Source: Octopus vulgaris (lineage: Eukaryota). Taken from it: DNA of 64,000 nucleotides. Location: NCBI GenBank assembly GCA_951406725.2, contig OX597831.1, positions 44,516,001 to 44,580,000 of the forward strand, in the 5' to 3' direction. Both the position numbers and the translations under genes were made by a program. This document shows positions 54,986-64,000 of this stretch, piece by piece (the stretch's first letter is position 1; every line of letters begins with the position of its first letter). Under the pieces are notes generated by a model. The model was not told the origin of the DNA, ran no database searches, and worked only from the letters and a program-made list of their open reading frames with translations.

Positions 54986-55599
54986 ACTCTTTACTCTTTA
55001 CTTGTTTCAGTCATTTTGACTGTTGCCATGCTGGAGCACCGCCTTTAGTCAAGCAATGACTTATTCTCTGTAAGCCTAGTACTTATTCTATTGGTCTCTT
55101 TTGCCGAACCACTAAGTTACGGGGATGTAAACACACCAGCATTGGTTGTCAAGCAATGTTGTGGGGACACACACACACACAAACATAGACACACACATAC
55201 ATACATACATACATATATATATATATCATCATCATTAACGTTGGTTTTCCATGCTAGCATGGGTCGGATGGTTCGACCAGGGTCTGTGAAGCCAGGAGGT
55301 TGCACCAAGCTCCAGTCTGGTCTGGCAGTGTTTCTACAGCTGGATGCCCTTCCTAATGCCAACCACTCTATGAGTATAGTGGGTTCTTTATATATATATA
55401 GCACCTGTGCAGGTGGCACGTAAAAAACACCCACTACACTCGCGGAGTGGTTGGCGTTAGGAAGGGCATCCAGCCGTAGAAACACTGCCAGATCTGACTG
55501 GGCCTGACAAAGCCTTCCAGCTTCACAGACCCCAGTTGACCCGTCCAACCCATGCTAGCATGGAAAGCGGACGCTAAACGATGATGATGATGATGATGA

Positions 55600-55633
<34 letters not shown>

Positions 55634-55795
55634 GATGGGCTTCTTTCAGTTTCTGTCTACCAGATCCACTCACAAGACTTTGGTTGTCCTGAGGCTATAG
55701 TAGAAGACACTTGCCCGAGGTGCCACGCAGTGGGACTGAACCTGGAACCATGTGGTTTGTAGGCAAGCTACTTACCACACAGCCACTCCTGCACC
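54986..55795 (-). mobile_element. SINE family 1 interrupted by an inverted pair of RTE-tail repeats (55225-55600)
   Basis: 3' half at 54986-55200 and 5' half at 55630-55795. Confidence 0.85.
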
Positions 55796-56182
55796 TATAA
55801 TGTTGATGATCTTCGTAGAAATGTGTGGCTATTAGCAGGAAATTTTAGGAGGATGTGTTAATATATATTTTTTCCTGCATGGTTGTCTTATGTGAGTTTT
55901 AAAATTGAAGTGATTGGATGCCATGTGGTGGCTCTTAATTTAAGTGTCCACCGACCAACTTTAGTTTTCCTGTTGTTTGTGACATAGGCTTGGTAACTGA
56001 CCTATGTGGACAAAGATGTCAGTTTGACTTGATTAACACAACTGAAGCAGATTGATAGCAAAGATAGCCAATCTTACTGTAACTATCCGGTTTTAATTGT
56101 TGTGTGCTGTCCTTACTTTGAAAATTTGAAGCAAAGAGATTCTTATACCATCATAAAATTTATAGATGGTTTTTATAAACTA

Positions 56183-56695
56183 CTAGCAGTATCGCCCGGC
56201 ATTGCTCGGGTTTGTAAGGGAAATAACTATATAAGCATTTTTAGAGAGTTACTTCCTTTATAGATGCCAATTCGGGCTTTCTTAGCCATTTCTGTTTTGG
56301 TGTCTTCAAGCCATGAAGTCGTTGTTCTAAAAGAACGCTGGTCTCCTTGACAACGCTTTACGACGTTGATTTCCTTACACTCCCTTCCCCACAGCTTCAC
56401 GAGGGAGGGAAGAAGGGGGAGAAGCAAACAGGTGCAGGTGTGACCATGGACGCCAACTCCGCCGCCATCGACACACGAAAAATTATGCATTAAAATGGAA
56501 TAAAAAATGATGTTAAATTATTTTTAAAATCGTAGACTCATCGTAGACGCACGCTAATACTCAGACGGGCTCGATATGAATCACGACTATAAGATACCCG
56601 AATTTGGTTAAACTGCACCGCAAAATGTGGGAGTAGTTAGGAATCTAAATCGAAGGGGACAGACACTCACACAACTACAGTTTTATATATATAGA
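56183..56695 (-). mobile_element. Non-autonomous Helitron
   Basis: The minus strand starts TC(tatatatataaaa) and ends cccgagcaatgccggg hairpin + CTAG, inserted between A and T. Confidence 0.8.
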
Positions 56696-56705
56696 TATAG
56701 TAATT

Positions 56706-56873
56706 GGTGCAGGAATGGCTGTGTATGGTAAATAGCTTGCTTACTAACCACATGGCTCTGGGTTCAGTCCCACTGCGTGGCACCTTGGGCATATGTCTTC
56801 TACTATAGCCTCAGGCCAATCAAAGCCTTGTGAGTGGATTTGGTAGATGGAAACTGAAAGAAGCCCATTGTAT

Positions 56874-56905
<32 letters not shown>

Positions 56906-57092
56906 CCCCCAACATCGCTTGACAACCGATGCTGGTGTGTTTACGTCCCCGTAACTTAGCGGTTCGGCAAAAGAGACTGATAGAATAAGTACTGGGCTTA
57001 CAAAGAATAAGTCCTGGGGTCGATTTGCTTGACTAAAGGTGGTGCTCTAGCATGGCTGCAGTCAAAATGACTGAAACAAGTAAAAGAGTAAA
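56706..57092 (+). mobile_element. SINE family 1, full length
   Basis: tRNA-like head, internal microsatellite and family tail. Confidence 0.88.
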
Positions 57093-57094
57093 AG

Positions 57095-57970
57095 ATTGGC
57101 TGAAACTTTCATTGGCTGACCATGATACTGTCATGGAATGTAACAAAATGAGGTTTAATTTCCAACATAGCCCCTTTATGGCCCACACACTTCTTCCATC
57201 GGTGTTGCAGTGCATAGATTCTATTAGTGAAAAAGCTTTCATCCTTAAGGTGAAAAAAATCATCAACAGCAGGTATGACATCTTCATCACTGCGATACTG
57301 GTTCCCAGCCAAGTGTTTTTTTCATGTTAGGGAATAGATGATAGATGGGGGCCAAATCAAGAGAACAGGAAGAACAATCAACCAGTTCAAAGCCACTGTC
57401 ATGCACAGCAGCCATTGAAACCAAGGGCATTTATAGTGGCGCATTGTCTTCATGAAACAAGACACTTTACATAAGTTTTCCTGGGTGTTTTGTCTTGCTA
57501 GCCATTTGTAGCTGCCTCGGTAAGTTGACATAGTGCTCTCCATTGATTTTGTGGTCCTTTTGAAAATAGTAAATAAACACGATTCCTTTTGCACCTCAAA
57601 AAACTGAGACTGTCACCTTCCCTCCAAATGAAACAACCTGGGCCTTCTTTGGAGCTGGTGAGGAGGGGGTTTCCACTGCATGGATTGTCTCTTTGTCTTT
57701 GGCTCAAAGTGATGAACTCAACACTCATCCTGGGTTAGGAAATGTTCAAGGAAACCAGCTGGATCTACCTCAAACAATGTCAGATTTTCCAGTGATGTGA
57801 TCAGCCTGGTACAATTTTGATCAGATGTTAGAAAATGTGGCAACCACCAAGCAGAAGCCTTCATCATGCCAAGTTCATTGTGCAGAATATCCTCAAGCCT
57901 GTCACAGGATATTCCTAATAGCATTGGCTATTTGAAGTATTGTCAATTGTTTGTCATCCATCACCACATT
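57095..57970 (-). mobile_element. Decayed mariner transposase
   Basis: ILHNELGMMKASAWWLPHFLT, FLTQDECW-like and ALQHRWKKCV remnants in shifting frames. Confidence 0.85.
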
Positions 57971-58979
57971 AGCAGTGATAGAAAAGACAGAAAGAGTGGA
58001 GGGACAGCATATCTGTGACCTTATGCCATGCAGTCAAGTTGACCAAGCTGTTGTTGTAGTTGTTGTTGTTTTGTTCCAGGTCATTTCTTACTGAGTAGAC
58101 CTATAATCAAAATTGTTTCAGCTTTGATCATTCTATTCTGTCCTTTCATCAAGTATTGCATTTCTAAGAATAAATATGTCTAGAGTGTCCTTCACCTTTC
58201 AGTATGGTAGAGTGTTGTCATCTGAGATATATTTGGCTCTTATTTCTAATGTCTCGGGTGACTACTGTAGATACTTCTTTCTTATTGTTGTTGTTATTGT
58301 TCAGCACCAAGCCAGCCCTGACTGAACAGACCAATGATCAAAGATGGTCCAGCTATGACCACCCTGTCTTTATAATTTATATTTTCTTATACACAATTTA
58401 GCATATAATACTACATTCTCTAACGTGTTCTTTTTTTTTAAAGAGTAACATATGATTCAAGAAAGACATGGTTACTATTTCTAGCAGATTGCACAAGCAC
58501 TTAGAGGTGGCTTCCCTCACTAGCTTGTGCATATGGTTAGTAGTTGTTGTATGCAGTGGTTTATTAAAATAACTTCTGAACCAGTCAAGCTTTTTCGGGG
58601 TTTTTTTTTTTTTGCTGTTTTAATATATTTTATTTATATTTTTATAAATGTCACAAACATTTAGTTTATTTTTAATAGTAATGTTTCTTCTTGCAATGCA
58701 TAAGTTACCTTACAAATTTTATATAACCAGTATTAGTAACATAATCAGTATTTATTGCTTTTACTATCTGCACCAGCGGTTTTTAATCAGAGTCCATTTA
58801 TGATTTTGTTGTTAGAATTTATGTGCAATAAATTGCCTATATAAGTACAGGCATGACTATGTGGTAAGAAACTTGCTTCTCAAGCACATGGTTCCAGGTT
58901 CAATCTTGATTTAAAGATTTTTAATTGAACAAAGAAACTGATTATTTTCCTTTCTTCAAAAAAATTTTTTTTTCTCTAG

Positions 58980-59121
58980 GGTTATGGGTCAATCTTGGAT
59001 TAAGCTGAAATATGAATTTGATCAAGTTGCCTCTACACATGAAGAATTGAGTTCTGTACTTTCTTCTCAAGTTGAGAAAATCAAGACAATGAATGAAGTT
59101 CAGGATGAAAAGAAACGAAAA
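58980..59121 (+). CDS. PSTPIP1: PSTPIP-like exon 4 (VMGQSWIKLKYEFDQVASTHEELSSVLSSQVEKIKTMNEVQDEKKRK)
   Basis: T-tract + ctag acceptor and gtgagt donor; 142 nt, phase 2 to 0. F-BAR helix with the conserved His and a basic KKRK patch. Confidence 0.88.
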
Positions 59122-59773
59122 GTGAGTTGCATTTTTAACATTCATCTCAAACACTTCTAACATCTTCGTGAAGACAATTTGGGCTAGTGATTGCAAGGTC
59201 ATGGTTTCAACTCCCAGACCATGTGTTGTGCTTTTGAGTAAAATACTTCATTTCACACTGCTCCAGTTCACTCAGCTGTTAATGAGTAATTTTGTTGACA
59301 GAGTGGCACACAGAGGTGAGATGGTGACTCAGGAAAATCACTCAAACAGTGGAGGTCCCATGAGCTGCGTTTTGTATTAAGGGATTGAAAGGATGAATTG
59401 TAAAACCCTTACTGTGAATCCCAATTGGTTGGGATTGCCTGTTCAGCCACTTCAAAGCATGCCTCATTGTTTCATGAAGATGGCTTTCTTTTATTTATTT
59501 TCCATAGAGACCTAAGTGGTTAGCATGGAATCACTCACTTAAATATCTGCAATATCTGACTCACAAACCTGCTGTCTCCTCATACCACATTTTCTACTCT
59601 AACTACTACTCCAGTGGCCTTTGTTCTTTGAGACTGGCTGGTCTTATACAGCCTCCACCTATCAGAATTATTTTTTTCTTCTCCCATTCACCACTCTATC
59701 TTCCTCAGCCCTCCACTAACTTTTAGGACCAACTTTTACCTCCCTAGAACTTCTTCACACTTCCTATGTTTCC

Positions 59774-59809
<36 letters not shown>

Positions 59810-60058
59810 GGGCTGGCAGAATCGTTAGCACGCTGGGCGAAATGCGTAGCCGTATTTCGTCTGCCGTTATGTTCTGAGTTCAAATTCCGCCGAGGTCGAC
59901 TTTGCCTTTCATCCTTTCGGGGTCGATAAATAAAGTACCAGCTACGCACTGGGGTCGATGTAATCGACTTAATCCCTTTGTCTGTCTTTGTTTGTCCCCT
60001 CTATGTTTCGCCCCGTGTGGGCAATAAAGAAATAATAATAATAATAATAATAATAACA

Positions 60059-60102
<44 letters not shown>

Positions 60103-60303
60103 GGTGGTGAGCTGGCAGAATCATTAACATGCTGGGCAAAAGGCTTAGCGATATTTTGTCTGCTGCTACATTTTGAGTTCAAACTCTGCCGAGGTTGACT
60201 TTGCCTTCCATCCTTTTTGCACTGGGGTTGATGTAATTGACTCACCCACTCCCCACAAATTTCAGCCCTTGTGCCTATAATAGAGAGAATTATTATTAAT
60301 ATT

Positions 60304-60788
60304 ATTATTTACATTATTTACACTTGATGGATATTTGTCCTCATCTTGTTTGTTGTTAACACAACATTTCGGCTGATATACCCTCCAACCTTCATTAAGT
60401 GTCTTGGGGAAATTTCGAACCTGGGTTCTCATTCCTAAGGTATTTTTCAATGTTATTATTATTATTATTATTATTGTTATTATTATTATTATTCAGGTCA
60501 CTGCCTGGAATCAAACTTAGAATTATTATTATTTGTTAAAAAAAGAAGAAAAACAGTGGTTAAGAGCACGAGCTACTAACCCCAAGATTCCTAGTTCGAT
60601 TCCAGGCAGTGACCTGAATAATAATAATAATAATAGTAATAATAATAACATTGAAAAATACCTTAGGAATGAGAACCCATGTTCGAAATTTCCCCAAGAT
60701 ACCTGAAGAAGGCTGGAGGGTATATCAGCCGAAATGTTGTGTTAACAACAAACAAGATGAAGACAAATATCCGTCAAATGTAAATAAT

Positions 60789-60790
<2 letters not shown>
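60304..60790. mobile_element. Second inverted dimer of the tRNA-headed HHR repeat, in (ATT)n
   Basis: Same family as 45998-46513. A-box-like gtggttaag at about 60556 and B-box gttcgattcc at 60594-60603; HHR motifs at 60698-60743 (+) and about 60357-60402 (-). Confidence 0.75.
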
Positions 60791-60834
<44 letters not shown>

Positions 60835-61017
60835 GGTAATGAGGTGGTAGAATCGTTAGTACATCCTGGCAAAATGCTTAGCAGCATTTTGTCTGTCTCT
60901 ATGTCCTCAGTTCAAATTCCTTTTGGGGTTGATAAAATAAGTACCAGTAGAGTACTGGGGTCGATGTAATCGCCTATCCCCCTCCCACAAATTTCAGGTC
61001 TTGTGCCAAAATTTGAA

Positions 61018-61060
<43 letters not shown>

Positions 61061-61069
61061 TATTTTTAT

Positions 61070-61620
61070 TATTGAGTGAGAGACCAGTGCATGCCATCAA
61101 AGTGGCACTGGGGTAAAATATACAAAGCCCAGTATAATCATCATGACTACCTGTCTGATAAGGGTACACCAGGCACATGCATCACAACCATATGTGCGTG
61201 ACATGGTGATCACATATCAAGATAAGCAGCGCACGACCTTGTAGCTGGGGCCCCAGTTAGAATTTTCTTCTGGTCGAGTAGCCTATCCAGCTCAAAAGGT
61301 CCCTGAATAAGGATGTTGAGCAAAACACCCATGTTTCCAAAGGTGAATTATTCAAACCCCAAAGAATCCCTCTCAACACATGGCTATGATACTCCCCAAC
61401 TACTTCTGCTCGTGATCAGAGATGCACATATCGTCAGCCACTAAGGGACATGCTCAAATGGTTAAGGTCAAACAACTGACAAGCAAATCTGTGGTATTGA
61501 GCAGAATATTTGCTGTACCCCATCTTTTTATACCAAGACAAAACAATGTACATGCTAACACTCCCAATCAGTTTAGATCAAAAGCCATGAGAGCCACTGC
61601 CTGGTAATGCATCAGGGCAT
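61070..61620. repeat. Unclassified interspersed repeat; diverged second copy at 62645-63110
   Basis: Both copies begin gagtgagaga(c/g)cagtgcatgccat and align over about 460 bp. Confidence 0.75.
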
Positions 61621-63274
61621 TCATTATCATCATCATCATCACCACCACCACACCACCACCATCATCATCATCATCATCATCATAATAATAATAACAATAA
61701 TATTATTATTATTATTATTATTATTGTCAGCAAATTGGGTTTGTCCAATAACATCAACACATTTGTCTCACTGCTTTTGGAGAACTTGCAAAAACCACAA
61801 GTACAGACCACCACCACCACCACCACCACACTTCCTCCAGTCCAAACCACAGAAAAATGTGAAAACAAAATTATAACTTAGAGTAAGTGATATACTTCCT
61901 GCCAAGCAATAAAGCAACTGCGCAACCCTAGTTGCAACACCAAATCATAGCTATTTCACTTGCTCATTCACCCATTTACTATCTAAACTCACTAAACTTG
62001 AACTGATCAGATAGTGTTACATAGACACTTCTGATCCTTGAAAACCCGAATGATTTGATTTTGTGTATTAGAGCATGGAGAACAAGCATATAGCTATTTA
62101 CATTGTGTCATGGAAAGTTGTAGAGAGCATGTTTTGAGAAATACGTGCAAGTACAATAAGAGATTGAAAACTGGTCAAGGGCAGATGAGTGTAAAACAAT
62201 TTGACTAGGATGTGTAACAGGAAGCTTGTTGGCGGTGTATGGAGAGGTGAAACTACAATGGTTTGACTAGGATGTTAAACTGAAAACTGATTGAGTGTAA
62301 ATGAATGTGTGAAAAAATCCCAGAATATGACAAGGATGTGTAATAGGGGACGTGGAAGGGTAAAACAGATATAATGTACGTAGGAGGGATATCTAATAGG
62401 GAACTTGGTAAAACACACTAAGTGGTAAAATTAATCAATTAGAGGAGAATAATAGCATTTTTTCTGGCTTTTTATGCTCTGAGTTCAAATGCCACGGAGG
62501 TCAACTTTGCTTTCCGTTTTTATCGGCCCAGAGTTGGGGTGAGGGGTCAATAAATTGAAGTACCAGTCAAATACTGGGGTCTGTATAATCAACTACTCAC
62601 TCCCACCTAGAATTGCTGGCCTTATGCCAAAATTTGAAATTATTGTTATTGAGTGAGAGAGCAGTGCATGCCATTGAAGTGATACTCAGGTAAAATATAC
62701 AAGGCCCAATATACCCATCGTGACTTCCCATCTGATAAGGGTACACCAGGCCCATGCATCTCAACCATATTTGCGTGACATAGTGATCTCATGTCAAGAT
62801 AAACAGTGCATGACCTTGCAGGTAGGGCCTAGTTAGAATTTTCTTTGGGTTGAATAGCCCATCCCGCTCAAAAGGTCCTTGAATAAGGGTTGTTTAAGGA
62901 TGTTGAATGAAACACCCATGTTTCCAGAGGTGAATTATCCAAACGCCAAAGAATTTTTCTCAACACATGGCTATGATGTTTTCCCACTACTTCTGATTGT
63001 GATCAGAAGTACACATATTGTCAGCCATTAAGGGACATGCTCAACTGGTTGAGGTCAAGCAACAGACAGCAAATCTGTGGTATTGAGCAGAATACTTGAT
63101 GTGGCCCTATTATCGTTATGATGATGATGATGATGATGCCGAAGTTGACTTGACCTTTCATCATTTCGAAGTCAATAAAATAAGTATCAGATGAGCATTG
63201 GGGTCAATGTAATCAATTTTGCCCTGAAATTGCTGAAATTGCCCTGAATGTGCCAAAATTTGAAACCATTATTA

Positions 63275-63412
63275 TTATGATGATGTCGATGTTGATTATG
63301 GTGACAATGGTGATGATGTCGATGATGATTATGGTGACAATGGTGATGATGTCAATGATTATGGTGACAATGATGATGATGATGATTACGGTGGTGGTGA
63401 CAAAGATGATGG
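63275..63412. repeat. (GAT)n-derived 30-33 bp tandem repeat
   Basis: Repeated gattatggtgacaatggtgatgatgtc units. Confidence 0.85.
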
Positions 63413-63613
63413 TGAAAGCAATACTGGCTGTAACAATGATGGTGCCGTGGTTATTTAGTCACAGTTCAGAGCAGGAAATGCACCATCCTTGACCTTTTTA
63501 AAGGTCAAGGACGGTACATTTCCTGTTCTTACTAAGACATTAAGAAAAAAGAAAAAATCCCAAATCACCTCAGACATTTAATTATTCTTTCTTTCTTTCT
63601 TTCCTTCTTGTAG

Positions 63614-63676
63614 TGTAAAGAATCAGTAAGAAAGTGTCACTCACACAACTCGACCTTATACAACCGGACTTTAAAT
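63614..63676 (+). CDS. PSTPIP1: PSTPIP-like exon 5 (CKESVRKCHSHNSTLYNRTLN); gene continues beyond the window
   Basis: Long pyrimidine tract + tag acceptor and gtaagt donor; 63 nt, phase 0 to 0. Matches PSTPIP1 [21 protein letters not shown] in length and the LY motif. Confidence 0.82.
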
Positions 63677-64000
63677 GTAAGTATTTTGTTTATATACTTA
63701 TAAACACACATGTATATGTGTATGTGTGCATGTTGATAGGACGTGGGTGCCAAAAGCTCCTAGCTTTGGGCAAAAGAAAATACAGGAGGATCAGTTAATA
63801 ATGATTTTATTCAACATATTCCACTCTCAGATTCACACACTTATTGCAGTAGTTCTTCAGTTTTTCTAAGCCCTATAAAAGAACTCAGAAGGTTGGGCTT
63901 CAAACCAGGCCTTTTGCAATACCCTTAAAGCCAGTAACTTTCCAGCACCTATGTCGTATTTATATATATATATACATATATATAAATAAGAGGAGTAGCC

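Noticed and set aside
61070-61620. Hammerhead in this repeat family (ctgataag...)
   Set aside because: No matching GAAA/NUH strands with complementary stems could be found.

Overview
This is AT-rich, microsatellite- and SINE-laden eukaryotic DNA, most consistent with an octopus (cephalopod) nuclear scaffold, judged from the repeat landscape and a cox1 NUMT that reads in the invertebrate mitochondrial code. One host gene spans the window on the + strand: a PSTPIP-like F-BAR protein with five small coding exons (1974-2003/2012, 24741-24841, 52485-52559, 58980-59121, 63614-63676), continuing past the window end. The ORF track is essentially microsatellite noise plus transposon debris. 20038-30708 is repeated at 30809-41490 across a 100-N gap, probably an assembly or haplotype false duplication that also copies exon 2. 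The introns hold tRNA-derived SINEs, RTE LINE fragments, mariner/Tc1/hAT/Helitron relics and several unrelated microsatellite-embedded elements carrying hammerhead-ribozyme (HHR) motifs with Penelope-like direct and inverted repeats. The top candidate for something new is two sequence-unrelated elements (motifs at 10751-10826 and 13706-13781, - strand) that contain all HHR core nucleotides and covarying stems, but with the three strands in a non-circularly-permuted, pseudoknotted order that fits none of types I, II or III. All structure calls are by eye, nothing was folded or searched, and repeat boundaries are approximate.
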